45,084 nucleotides of DNA from Spongospora subterranea f. sp. subterranea (Eukaryota). The notes below the pieces were generated by a model. That model was not told the origin of the DNA and did not search any database. It saw nothing but the letters and a program-made list of their open reading frames with translations. Positions 12,939 to 25,700 of the stretch are shown here, piece after piece. Positions within the stretch are counted from its first letter, which is position 1; the number at the start of each line of letters is the position of its first letter. The position numbers were made by a program, and so were the translations under genes. The stretch is from positions 124,001 through 169,084 of the forward strand of contig JAUGWO010000049.1 in the NCBI GenBank assembly GCA_049724395.1, given 5' to 3'.

Positions 12939-13580
12939 AGCGCCTGTGTCGATGAGCAATGAGGAGGTCATGCGAGTTCCTGACGGCGTGATAATTTCGA
13001 CAGTACGAAAGTTGTGTGGGATGTGCCTGACTGGTTGAACTTGGAGGGCTGAAAGGTGGATCGCGTTTTGTCGGGCAGGACGCGATGGACATTTGTCAAT
13101 GCTAGCTTGGTTCCTGTCTGTCCCTGTTGGTGGCAGGCATGTCCGGGTGAGTGTTGGACATGAGTTCGAAACCCCGTGAGTGATGGAATTTTGGGAGACC
13201 CCCCAAGGTTGCATCCAATACGGAAAAGTAGAGTGAATGTTGAGCACGAAGGTCTGACCCCGTGGCCTCTAGTTAATGTGGGAGAGCGAGCTGCTTGCAG
13301 TAAACTCGGAAACTCTGGATAGGCAATGTAATCAGGTGGGGGCAGGTCCCATTCGGTGTGGTCGTTAGGACAGATTATGTTGCTGAATCCAGCTGGTCTA
13401 ATAGGTTCCTTCATTGGATACCCAAGCTACTTGTAGCGGCCACGCGGAAGTAGGGAAAGCCTGGTAGTACACAGGCTTACTCAACCCATAAGAACCCGCG
13501 ATCCTTTGTATACCATACCATACCATTGTCAATGCTGTGCCCTGGTTGGCGACAGTAAAGGCAACAACGAATTTCTCGAA
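12939..13580 (-). pseudogene. Gypsy gag knuckle and protease fragment, split by SINE-A
   Basis: Removing the SINE and one TSD copy gives CLYCRQPGHSIDKCP...LLIDTGA. Confidence 0.8.
13104..13525 (+). mobile_element. Full-length SINE-A (422 bp), tRNA-like head, (TACCA)3 tail
   Basis: 11-bp TSD TTGTCAATGCT (13093-13103 / 13526-13536); A-box-like TGTCCCTGTTGG and B-box GAGTTCGAAACC; four related pieces in the window. Confidence 0.88.
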
Positions 13581-14170
13581 TCCATCCGGCACTCTCTCTG
13601 AGTGCTTTCCAGACTTCTCCAAGTGGTGTCCATCCATCTCTTTCTCCAGTCCATTCAGTGTATTCTCTGCTCAATAATGCCCCATTGGCCTGAGCAGCGA
13701 GTACTGTCATTGTTGTTTCTGGGATGATTTTATCTCTCAGTAGTGGGAATCCTGATATTGCATGGTACATAGGAATTGGTGTTGATTTGAAACATCCTGT
13801 ATATGTTCTCATAAAGTCCTTTTATGCTGTCTCAATGGGTCGCAATGTCCTACTCATGTTCTTGTTGACACTGCCAACCAGGGTAGGTAATAGTTCAGTA
13901 TCCCTCCTATAAATCCTCTACATATCTGTTGATATGTTCTGTATGGTAAACCTGTATTTTCTCATTTCTCGTACGAGTTTACATCTTTTCCTGATGTCAT
14001 TGGCCACATCTGTCAGTTGAATTGTGAAAGTTGAGTGGTTATTTTCGTTATTGGCGTTTAGCGTTGCTCCGAGATATTGCACTGTTTTTGTTGTTTGGAT
14101 CGTTTGTCCATTTATAGATAATTTGTCTGTGAATAGAATGTTTGTTTTGACCCATTGGATTTTCATCCTG
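13581..14170 (-). pseudogene. LINE RT C-terminal fragment, related to the 4975-11211 family
   Basis: KIQWVKT, QYLGATL, DIRKRCKL, MRTYTGCFKSTPI..HAISGFPLLRDKII and GWTPLGEVWKALRE parallel the same motifs at 9700-10280. Confidence 0.88.
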
Positions 14171-14251
14171 CTGTCTCCTACCAGAGGAGTAATTCTCTTC
14201 CCTCCTCTGGTAGGAATGCAATGTAAACACAAGTTACATATAGATGTGATA

Positions 14252-14577
14252 AGCTTGGTTCCTGTCTGTCCCTGTTGGTGGCTGGCATGTCCGGGTGAGT
14301 GTTGGACATGAGTTCGAAACCCCGTGAGTGATGGAATTTTGGGAGACCCCCCAAGGTTGCATCCAATACGGAAAAGTAGAGTGAATGTTGAGCACGAAGG
14401 TCTGACCACGTGGCCTCTAATGAATGTGGGAGAGCGAGCTGCTTGCAGTAAACTCGGAAACTCTGGATAGGCAATGTAATCAGGTGGGGGCAGGTCCCAT
14501 TCGGTGTGGTCGTTAGGACAGATTATGTTGCTGAATCCAGCTGGTCTAATAGGTTCCTTCAGTGGATACCCAAGCTA
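14252..14577 (+). mobile_element. SINE-A copy interrupted at a TA by a Tc1/mariner-like element
   Basis: About 5 differences from 13104-13429 over 326 bp; ends at CAAGCTA, directly before CAGTACCGGACA. Confidence 0.9.
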
Positions 14578-17290
14578 CAGTACCGGACAGCTTAACCTGA
14601 CACACTTTGTATGGGACCCACGGGAATTTGTTTCAGAGGAACGATTATGTGGTTTTTGTTTCAACACTCGCTGTTATTGGTTAGATCTCGGCGAGATCAA
14701 CATTCTGACAGAGTTAGATTTTTTCTAAGTCAAATATTGACTGTGAAATAGAATTTCCCGTTTGTATGGTGGGCAAGGAAATTGAATTTTGTATGGGCGA
14801 AAACGAAACACCTCAATTTTTGCGTACGCATATTAGGTTTTTTGCGCGCGCACATTGTTACTGCGAACGCAGTTTTGTTAGTGCGTTCACAAAACTAGAC
14901 CCAGGTCACCCTCTTGAAAAAACAAAGGTTTTCTTGTGATTTTCACGACGACCCTGCTAACGGATCGAAACCAATTCAATCTCAGTCCTCAATTTCAATG
15001 GCTCGTAAAACTAAACGCTCAATGCAATTACACCACGCGAGAGAATGCAAAAAATTGAAGTCGTTGGCCGAACCTGAACCTGATGCTGATCATAGCGATA
15101 GTCAAGGTGATGATTTTTACTTTTCGAATGATGAGGTCTTGACTGACAAAGAAATTGATTCATCAACGACCTCGTTTTTGAAATGGATCCCTGGAGCTGG
15201 ATCACATCTTCGTAACAGTTACTCTAAGAATAGCACGACTACGTTGTGGAGAAGAAAAAAAGCCAACCAAGCGAAAATCGACTTGTCATCAAATAATCAC
15301 AAGATTCTGGAGTATTTTAGTTCATGCGTTCGACAAACCACTAATGGGCAGTCGGTTTGCGATGGATTATCGTCCGATTCTGAGTCAGAAAATGGGAAAG
15401 ATGTCTCCGGACACAGTGCCCTAAAACTTCTTGAAGATCTTACAGCCTTCAACTGCTCCCAAACCATCGAAAAAAGCTTTTGAAGGACATTTCCAAATAT
15501 GATTATCTTCGATATCATGCAATTAAGCAATATCTTACTTTGCGTCAGAACTCTATTACGATGATGCAAGCTTCGAAACAAGTTGCATCTCAGTTTTTTC
15601 CAAACAACAATGCTGATTCATATTCGCGAAAGATCAGGCGATGGGCGAGTTTTTTCCTTCGTCACCAAAAGCTACCATGTCACCGTCAAGGTTGTTTTAT
15701 CAAGGTCAAATCACTTGTGATTGACGAAGATGTCGCCAAGGAATGCATGATATGGCTACGATCGCAGCGGAACGACGCTGTATCGGGATTATCATTCTCG
15801 CAATGGGTGAAAGCTGAATTGCACGTCCGTTTGAAAATGGGTAATCCTGTCACGATCTTAGAAAGAACGGCAACACGGTGGTTGAACACGCTGGGTTTGC
15901 GTTTTGGAGGATATAAGAAAGGTCTGTATAATGACGGCCATGAAAGGGAAGATGTCGTCATATATAGAGAGTCGTTTTTATCTCGAATGGACGTCTACGA
16001 TCGAAGGATGGCAAAATTTGAAGGAGACGAGCTGATGAATATTGTGGAGCCAACGCTTGCACCGGGGGAGAAAAAATTAATTTTATTAACACATGATGAA
16101 TCATGCTTCAGCTCTTACGACGGGAAAAAAACTATATGGATTGATGATAACCATATGCCATTACGGCCCAAGGGAGAAGGGAGGAGTGTAATGGTGTCAG
16201 AATTTTTGTGCGAGTGTCATGGGCCCCTAAAACTCGATGACGAACAGCAAGCTCAGAACCCTGGCGTTCCTATTGAATCAGTGGTAATCATAAAGCCCGG
16301 TAAAAACTCGGATGGATACTGGACGAATGCTGATCTAGCAAAGCAGCTGGGCGATAAAGTTTTGCCAATTTTCAGGATTCTACATCCGAATTGTCAAGCT
16401 TTGGTCCTGTTTGATAACTCGCAGAACCATCATGCCCTGCCACCCGATGCACTCAACGCAAAGGTCCTAACAGTAAAAGATGGCGGAAAGAACATCAGGT
16501 CTCAACGGAACGGATGGTTCATCCAGGAAGGCCAAAAAGTGACTCAGCCCATGCAGGATGATCAAGGCGTACAGAAAGGACTCCGAACGATTCTGACTGA
16601 ACGTGGACTGTGGAATAATTCCATGTCGTTAGCTGGTGCGCGGGCATTGCTGCAGGAACAGCCCGATTTCCAAGAGCAGCGGGAGTGGTTAACGGAAATC
16701 GTGGAACAAAGTGGTGGAATCATCGACTATTATCCAAAGTTTCACTGCGAAATGAATTTTATAGAAATGTTCTGGGCGGCGTGTAAAAGTTTCACCAGGA
16801 AGAATTGTACATATTCTTTTCGGGATCTAGTGAAGATCGTGCCGATCGCTCTTTCAAGCGTGTCGTTAACGCAGATCCGAAGATTCGCCAGAAAGTGTTA
16901 TCGATATATCGATGCGTATCGAGTGACCGGTCAAGACGGCAATAAACTATCGCCACGCCAGGTAGAATTTGCTGTTAAGAAATACAAGCGCCATCGCAGC
17001 CTGCCAAAAAGGATGCTGGAAGACCTCCAAATTTGATACACATCAATAATTCTCCGGGGTGGTGCAAGAAGGTCATATATTGAAAAAAGTGCGTAACTAA
17101 GACCTATATATGGTCGGCCAGGATTTTTTCAAAGAAACAAGAAAATATTCAAAAAATGTACCTATTTGGAGGCCAATTTTTGTTTTTGAAATAAAAGGCC
17201 GCGTCGCCCCAATCAAAAGTCCATTGTGTCCACGCATTTTTTTCGACGGCAATTTCTAAAAATAGGTTCATGGTGGAGGCCAGGGTTCAG
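14578..17290 (+). mobile_element. IS630-Tc1-mariner-type DNA transposon 1; left TIR present, right TIR not found, so the end is approximate
   Basis: TA|CAGTACCGGACAGCTTAAC terminus is nearly identical to the TIR of the 32780-34357 element; contains a transposase. Confidence 0.8.
14998..17036 (+). CDS. DDE transposase with long D-E spacer (~DD116E); one frameshift near 15480
   Basis: YNDGHEREDVV, THDES, VLFDNS, KGLRTILTERGL, YPKFHCEMNFIEMFW. Confidence 0.88.
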
Positions 17291-18149
17291 ACAGTACAGC
17301 GATTAGTTTGCCATTTCGTGTTTAGATATGCAGGGCTCCTCGTTCGACAACCCATTTATTGCTCACGCTGTGCAGTCAGGATCGCACTTCGACGTCTCCA
17401 GGTCGCCACCGTTTGCGAATGGTGATGCAGTGATTTTACCCCGTATGGTCGCCACACCGCCTGTTCCTGATCCACATTACGAACATGCTGCACTTCCCAA
17501 ACGATTACCCTCCCAATGACTTTGAAGCGCAACCAACGCGAAGGTTGGCGTCTTGATGATATGGAGCCATGCAATTGCACCAAATTGGCTTGCGACCAAA
17601 ACATAGACCCTATTGCTGTCAATGCGATGAGGTTTATATCTTGCACCAGACCCAACACAACTGACAGCAGCAATATCTGTAAAAAAAAAGAAAACAGAGA
17701 ACCGACGAAATATCGAAATTTGATTCTCTTAATAAACAGTCCAGTTTGCATGTTTTTTATGTTGAATAAGTTCTCGAACGCGAAGTTCATCCATCGGGTC
17801 TTTCACTTACATGACAAGTGGGACGGCCAACCGCACGAGTTATCAAACCCTTTAACAACAGAGGGAAGAGTTGAATTTGTCCTTGTTTTATAAATGGATC
17901 CACACTGTTTGTTCTTGACTTCTTGAAAAATAACCGCTAAAGCGTGCGGAAACTTGCTCAATCTCAGTTTTTTCTAGCGATGAAAACAGATGGTCGCACC
18001 TATCGGGTACTGGTCGAGGTAAGATATCAACAGCCGCCTCAGGACTTGTCAATGAAACCAACGCTCCTATCCATATTGTAAACCTTCAAACTCGATTTCC
18101 TTGGATACACGGAATTTCAATATATGACCTTCTTGCACCACCCCGGAGA

Positions 18150-18917
18150 ATTCATCAACGTAGTCTTTCTGGTGTAAAAATATTGATCCTGTTGCCCTAT
18201 CACGCAATAACTGCATACCAAGAACACGACTGGGCGCGCCAAGATCGGTGACGTTCCATTTGGACTTGAAGTGATCCACTAATTCATCACAAAGAGTTGG
18301 ATTATTATGGGCAATAATGATATCGTCGACATGAATGAGAACAATAGCATAGAAAGTGTCACGTCTGAGATGGTAAAGACAAGGATCAGCAATTGTTCTT
18401 CGAAAATGGAGCTTATTGACCAAGAAATCATCCAGCTGCTGATTCCAGATCAGTCCCGCTTGTTTGAGACCGTAGAGAGCTTTCTGTAACTTGCAAACTA
18501 GATTTCCTTGACCAGGCTCGATGAAACCATCAGGCTGTTTCATGTAAATATCGCCGTCAATGTTACCGTTAAGGAATGCGCCCACGATGTCGATTTGACG
18601 AAGAAACAAGCCTTGATCGGCGGTCAGTGCCATGACGATACGAAATGATTCCGAATGTGCAACAGGAGAGAAAGTTTCACTGTAATCGATACCAGCACGT
18701 TGGGAGAAGCCTTTGATCACCGGGCTTTGAACTTTCGAATGCCACCATCTCCGGTCAGATTAGTCTTGGTATTGAAGACCCATTTGCAGGCGATTACGTT
18801 ACGGTCTGGAGGTAGTTCTTGCAACGTCCATGTGTCAAATTCGAGCATCTGCTTGTATTCAACCTGCATAGCATCATACCAATGGCCAGCTTCAGGTCCG
18901 TTCAGGGCTTCTGGGAC
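18150..18917 (-). pseudogene. Copia element A, reverse transcriptase fragment
   Basis: KGFSQRAGIDYSETFSPV, QIDIVGAFLNG, KALYGLKQA, HVDDI. Confidence 0.92.
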
Positions 18918-19125
18918 TGTTGCTAAAAGTAGAACCGTAGTCGAGCTGGGCTAAGGTACCCGAAATCTCTCAGACAATCTAATGCCTGGCCTTTATTAGT
19001 GGGAAAAAGCAGTCATTATTTATTGACATCTCGTCAGATATAAATACAAACTCCGTGGTCCTCAGCAGTTATGGGATTTCGTACAGGGCATCATATTGAA
19101 TTAAATAGAACCTCGTATTTCAGCA
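18918..19125 (-). repeat. 3' LTR of Copia B
   Basis: Minus strand TGCTGAAA...GCAACA, preceded by PPT-like GAGGGGACG just after RNase H; contains AATAAA. No second copy in the window. Confidence 0.7.
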
Positions 19126-22100
19126 CGTCCCCTCGAGGTTGTATCTCGGTTGCTTGTGTCTATGATGCCCATTTTGCTGCGACACCAACCAAACTTCAAT
19201 GTATCCAGCGACTTTGTCATTACGTCGGCAACCATTTCCTTTGTGGATATTGGCTTGACGTCGATAATTCTGTCCTCAACAAGCTTTCTAGTATAGTGAT
19301 ATTTTACGTCAATGTGCTTTGTACGAGCGTCAGTCCGATTATTCTTGCTAATAGCGACGCATCCTCGGTTGTCCTCGAATACGACTGTGGGTTGTGGACA
19401 TGCAAAGCCGATCTCTTGGAGAAGTTGACGAAGCCAGTACGCTTCCCTTGCTACGGGGCATAGTGCTATATATTCTGCTTCGACAGATGATAGAGAGACG
19501 GATGATTGAAGCTTAGACTTCCACGAAACTGGCCCCCCTGCGAGCATGAAGGCAAAACCTGAAGTTGATTTTCTTGTGTCGGGATCACCTGCCCAATCAG
19601 AATCAGAGTAACCAAAGAGATCGGACTGCCCTGTTCTTGACGATGATATGTGATGCCGAAGCTGGAGGTTCCTGCCAAATAACGAAGAACCCGCTGTGCA
19701 GCAACCCAGTGGTGCTACCAGGATTGCTAATAAACCTGCAAAAGGATCCGACAGCCGTGCTGATATCTGGGCGAGTGTTGCTTGCTAACCAAATCAAACT
19801 ACCGACAATCTCACCATAGGGAACTTGTTTCATTGCTAGTACATCTTCTGACTGTGAGGATGAAGAACTTGAGGATAAATGAACCCCAGGTTGCTGAGGA
19901 GTTGAAGTTGGATTGCAATCAAACATGTTGAACTTCATCAAAAGCTGCTTAACATATTCCTCTTGGTCTAACGAAATTGACCCGGTCTTCTCATCACGAT
20001 GAATTCTCAGGCCGAGAAGTCTGGTTGGAACCCCAAGGTCAGTGATGTCGAACTTCGAAGACAGCTGATCGATGACTTCTTGACAGAAGTTGGTGTCGTT
20101 GTGAACAAACAGGATGTCATCAACATGGACTCCGAGAGCTAGAAAACTGCCATCACGATGAATTGTATAAATGCATGGATCAGCCTTAACTTTCTTAAGT
20201 CCAGCTTCTTTGGTTCAAAATTTGTCTAGTTTAGAGTTCCAAACGATTCCAGCTTGTTTCAATCCATAGGGAGCTTTGTTCAATCGGCAAACTTGATGTT
20301 CTTGTCCATGAACAACAAATCCTTCAGGTTGCTGCAAAAAAAAATCTTCTTGTACGTCGCCGTTGAGAAAAGCCCCAACGATATCAATTTGTCGGATCTG
20401 TAGATTGTGTTGAGCAGCAATAGCAAGTAACACACGCATTGACGCCTGATGAGCAACAGGGGCAAAGGTTTCATCGAAATCAACTCCATGTCTTTGAGAG
20501 AATCCTCGAGCCATCAAACGGGCTTTAAACTTCCTGATAGAGCCATCCCCAGAAAGGCTTGGTTTCACCGTTAAAACCCATTTACACGAGATAGCCTTTC
20601 GTCCGGGAGGCAAATCTTGTAAACTCCAGGTTTGAAAATCTAACATCTGTTGATACTCAACTCGAATCGCGTCATACTAATGACCAGCGTGAGGACTGCT
20701 CAGGGTTTCAGGCTAATTAGCAGGAATTGAAACTAACGAAACGTGAATTTCGGAAATTACGGGTCGTGGTAGTGCCACACCATCTGCTGGAAGATTCGAT
20801 CGTGACAGTCCAAAAACACGTGCAGCGTTACATTTCCAAAATTCAGTCGGAGGACCACGGATGCGAGATGACCGCCGCACCGCCGGTTCAATTAAATCCA
20901 CGACTTGGCTAATAGGCTCTTCTCGTAAAGAATTGGCACCCTCTTCAGTGTCTGATTCGGTGAGCGATGCGTGGGAAGATGACAGTAGATCCTGTGAACT
21001 GAATGTACCATCTGACTGAGAGATAGAAGCGTTCTCAGAAATGAGGTCGTCGTCAGTTTGCTCAAGTGTAGTGTCCAATGCGTTAGGTAATTGCTCTGAG
21101 GGAGGTAACGGATCAGGGTCGAGAATAACTTGGTTTGCAGTTGACTCCGGTGACCGCTTGCATTCTGATATTTGCCTCCCGAATCCAAAAGAACAATTTT
21201 GTTCATCGAACTCGACGTCGCGACTGGTGTATTGCTTATTGTCCATCGGGTCGAACAGTAAATACGCCTTCTGGGAATTGGCATATCCTATGAAAACAGT
21301 TTTATGTGCGCGAAAACTCGGTTTTCTTCGTGTATGATCCGGAATGCGTCGATATGCAGTGCAGCCAAAAATTCGCAGATAGTGTAGGTCTGGTTTGGAT
21401 TAACGAAGTGCTTCAAATGAGGTAATTCTGTTTACGAGTGATGAATGTGGGCGACGATTATAAATATGTGCAGCAACTGAAATAGCCCAAGAGAAGCATT
21501 CTTTTGGAAGACGAGCATGGGCGAGAAGGCTCATTGCAATATCGGTTAAAGTTCGGTTAAGACGTTCAGCCAGATCGGATGATGGATTCCTTTTGAAGTA
21601 AGCCAATTCTGGGACTCGTTGGATATGTATTCTCCTCCATTATCCGTTTGAAACTGTTTGATTTTACAATCGAATTGTGTCGAAAACAGTGAAACAAAAT
21701 CTTTCAGGGCTTCGAATTGGTCAGACTTCTTTCGAAGAGGTGTAACGAAACAGTGTCTTGTGCAGTGATCCATGTAAGTAACAAAATAGCTGAATCCACC
21801 GTAAGATGTGGTAGAGAAAGGTCCGTTAAGGTCGCTGACAATAAGGTCTCCAGGATTTTTGGAAATGGTCTGGCTTGCAACAAATGGTCGGCTTGTCATT
21901 TTTCCCAGCACGCATGGCTCGCAGAACGATGATGTGTCTGTACCTGAAAGAGATATCCCTGAAGCGCCGGTCTTAATTAAGTGATGAACATCTTCCATGT
22001 TTATATGACCTAGACGGTCGTGCCAAACCTGCGGTGATGCGTGGTTTCGTCGGCGTGCAAAACAAGCTTGTGGGATAGTTGGAGTACAGACAGGTTCCTG

Positions 22101-22588
22101 CGTGATTGTCTTTGGAATTCTATAAAGATTATCAGGATCCTTTGGAATTGAGGCTACATTCTTTCCATCTGGAGGTCGAAACCCAGCTTCATGATAAATT
22201 GTGATACGGTCGTTGGTCAGGAGAAATATATATCCTTCAGATGATGTCATGAATTGCTGAGAATCGGCGCTTTCCGTCGCATCAAGTGTAGCTATTATGG
22301 GATCGAACTGCAGCAAGAGTCCTTCGAGAATTTTATCAATGACATCCTGAGGAGATAGTTCACGGCCGCAGGACTTCAAATCCTTGACGCGTTCTGAACT
22401 TTGGATATGTAGGATGAAATTGAGTCGGCACCATTTTTCAAGGACCAAAAATGACGCCAAGCCTGAATTCGACTGCCGCGGCCGTTCCTTTCAAACTGCT
22501 CGCACAGCTGTAAGAAACCCAATCGAGCTGTCGGTAGGTCGATCACCGAACTAAAAATGTCGTCGGATAGACACAGGCAGATGATTAT
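18918..22588 (-). mobile_element. Copia element B (gag remnant, integrase, RT, RNase H, 3' LTR), nested in Copia A; 5' end cut by Gypsy B
   Basis: WHDRLGH...CEPCVLGK, TDNGGEY, AERLNRTL, GFSQRHGVDFDETFAPV, SWKSKLQ..SSVEAEY, KHIDVKYH; many lesions. Confidence 0.93.
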
Positions 22589-22734
22589 TGCGCCCGGCAA
22601 CTATCGGGGACACCGATCCCCGACAACCGCTAAACGACGGGTACGACGACGACGAAAAAACACTAGACTGGTTTATTACATCGGAAAAAGCTCCATAAAC
22701 ATGCGCCACGGTGACAGCGCTGACTGGCGCTACA
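22589..22734 (-). repeat. 3' LTR of Gypsy B (146 bp)
   Basis: Direct repeat of 27403-27549 with ~5 substitutions and 1 indel; TG...CA. Confidence 0.95.
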
Positions 22735-25700
22735 CTACCTTCCTCCGATAACGAGGAACTGCAGCTCCTTCAAGACTGAACAGCATATCACCAGATGAGG
22801 CGAGATATCCTTTTTTTAGCTCGGATGAAAGAAAAACAGGCGCTTCTTGATATAAATGGAGAAGAGTTCCCACGAGTTATGCAGTTGATCAAAACCTTTC
22901 CATGAAACTAACAATTCCCAGATACCGGTTCCACTTTGTCTACTGTTGATTAACTTGTCGATCACGAAACCTTGCCCATCATGAGCGACTTGCTCCAGTA
23001 GTTCTTCGGTAATATTCAATGATGCGTCTGAATAAAATCGGAGTCTGATAGCATGAATATCAGAAATGGATTTGGTAACTAGGTGTTGAACTCGAAAAAT
23101 ATGATCTGATATAACAGCTGTTATACAGTGGGGTCCTGTCCACCGTACCGAAAGTTTTGATCCGGTCTTGTGTAGCGTATTGGCAACCAAGACATAATCA
23201 CCTAAGGAAAAATTCGGAATAGGCGCCTTTCGCTTACGATTTAAACGATCTCGACGGTCCTGGCGATGAGCGATCACCTTTTTATGCATCTGGTCTAAAC
23301 TGCAACGTAATTCTTGAACAATATTTTGTAGAGTATCTGCCGAACACGGAACGGGAAGTAATTTCTTTGATCGGGGGTCCCATACGGCATCTAGAGCAGA
23401 ACTAGGTTGTAAACCCGTGAAGAGTTGTATAGCCGAAGGACGATCCTTTACAACTGTATGATTTAGGGCATAACGGATTAACGGGATCAAGCAGGGCCAG
23501 TCGGAAAATTTTAAACGGAACTCCGATATCAAAGCTCGAAAAACTCGCAATATGTGAGCATTGATTACCTCGATAGTACCGTTTGACCACGGGCAGTAGG
23601 CAAGCGTGAAATGATGACGCACATGCAGATGAAGCGATAACTCCTCAATGACTTGATTTAGGAAATGCGATCCACGATCAGAAACCCACGTAGTTACGAC
23701 ACCATAACGAGAAAACCAATCAACCAGACATTCAGCGGTGAAAAATGATGTCGATTCTTCGATGTCGGTTCTTCACATGGATACAAATTAATATAGGAGG
23801 ATAAATCGTCCCGAATAACCAGCAGATATTTAAATGAAGATCGGGAAGGTGCAATGTATACGAAATCAAAATGAATGATCTGATTGGCACAAGATGCATG
23901 AAGAGCTTCGCCAAAAGGGCGAGGGATACTATTACCCCCAGCATTAACTGTGCAATGAAGGCATTGAAGGCAGAAACACGACACATCATCAATTAAAGTG
24001 GTTCAAAAAAAACGGTCTTGTAAGGCATTTCGAGTAGCTTGCGTTCCTCGGTGACCAGAACTTCCGCAATGCGCAATGATCAATAATCGAAGTTGAAGTT
24101 CGACAGCTTCAGTGGGAATCCATATAATATTGCCCGAATCTAAAAAGAGATCTTGCGATGAAACCCTGGTGAAAACATGCCCTTTCTCCTTAATAAACGA
24201 TGATTCTTGCAAAACAGCGTCAAAAGCTTTACTCTGGGTTATCAGAATTTCCGACAACGACGGCCATAAAAAATCGGGTTGTTGTAATGGTTGAATGAGA
24301 GGTACTGATGCCGAAATTCGATTGATACAAAGTGTACTGTCCTGCCTTTGTCGAGCCCATCGTGACCCGAGATCAGCCCAAACATTGTCTTCACCGGAAA
24401 TTCCTTCAATGACATAGGCTTTACCATCTAAACGAAGTCGCCACCGATGGATCTTATCCAGAGAGTGTGTCGAAGAAAAACGCCAGAAGATTGCGGATCA
24501 TATAGGAACACTAAATTACGATGATCTGTAAAAATACGAAAAGGATGCACCCCTGTACAAAGAAGATAATCAAACTGACCGACCGCATGTTGAATTGGGA
24601 ACGCTTCTTTCTCAGGAACAGACCATTGTAAAGAAGATCGTTTAAATTCTCCACTGCAGAAGGCAAGAGGTTCATGTCGTTGATCCTTAAAAGGAAGAGA
24701 AAGATCCTCAAACGGCACTTGCGTGATCGTAACCATCCAAAACTGCTTACTCGCATCGGTAAATAAGCACGGAACATAATCTTCCTTTGGATACGCCAAA
24801 GTAACAGCTTCTCTGATTGACTCAATAACAGTTTGAAAAGCCTGGGAAAAGTCATCATTCCAACCAACATCCTTTAGCACGACTCGGGCGGCCGATTTCT
24901 TTGTCCGCAATGTCAAACCTGAGAAAACGTTTTCCAAAATTTGTCGTAAAGGAGCAATCACACATGAAAAATTTGGGATAGATGATGATAGCCACGTCAC
25001 TGCACATACAAATTGCATGAGATGAGCTCCAGTTGTTGGTAGTTGGAAATTGATTAAGGCCTGAATTCGAGCGGGATCATGGCTAATACCCGTCGCAGAA
25101 TATATTCGACCGCACCATTTGGCACATAATAGGAAAAACTCGCACTTAATGACATTGAGCTTGAGACCAAACTGTCGACATCTCTCAAAAACCTCTCTTA
25201 AAAGCAATAATAGATTTTTAAAACTCAAGGCGAATCCCAAAACGTCATCAAGCCATACTAAAAGTTTGTTAGGCACCATTTCGTGAAATATTTCGTACAT
25301 TCCTCGCTGAAACGCAAACACTCCATTGCTGTTTCCTTGTGCCAGTCTGGTAGGAGTATAAACACCAAAGGGGGTAATGAAACTTTGGCACTCAAGATAG
25401 CCAGAAACGGGGGAACTGCCAATAACCTTTAAATGCATCCAGAGTGAAAAAACACGACGAACCAGAGATGTAAGAACCCAAGGTGTGCAGGTATGGCATC
25501 GGAAATTGCTGAGGTTGAAGACACTTATTCACTGGAATCATATCCACCACCATCCTTGGTTTCGTCTCCGCATTTACAACAAACGCCGGAAGAGCCCAAG
25601 AGGACTGGTAGTTGTGATAGATAAGATTGCACTCTGTTAATTCATGCACTAACGTCTGAAGATACTGAGAGGCCAACGGAGACATACGTCGTGGTTTCGC

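Noticed and set aside
13104..13190. Functional tRNA gene
   Set aside because: Has A/B-box-like motifs but no convincing cloverleaf or acceptor stem, and sits within a TSD-flanked repeat.
12894..14474. Duplicated novel protein ORFs (12894-13247, 12968-13414, 13918-14409, 14178-14474)
   Set aside because: They are antisense read-throughs of SINE-A copies fused to flanking TE fragments.
17270..17300. Right TIR of Tc1-like element 1
   Set aside because: CAGGGTTCAGACAGTACAG is only weakly like the expected GTTAAGCTGTCCGGTACTG, and the SINE sequence does not resume after it.
17300..18150. Host gene exons (hydrophobic ORF 17356-17790 with a possible acceptor site)
   Set aside because: No recognisable family motif and no consistent exon chain.
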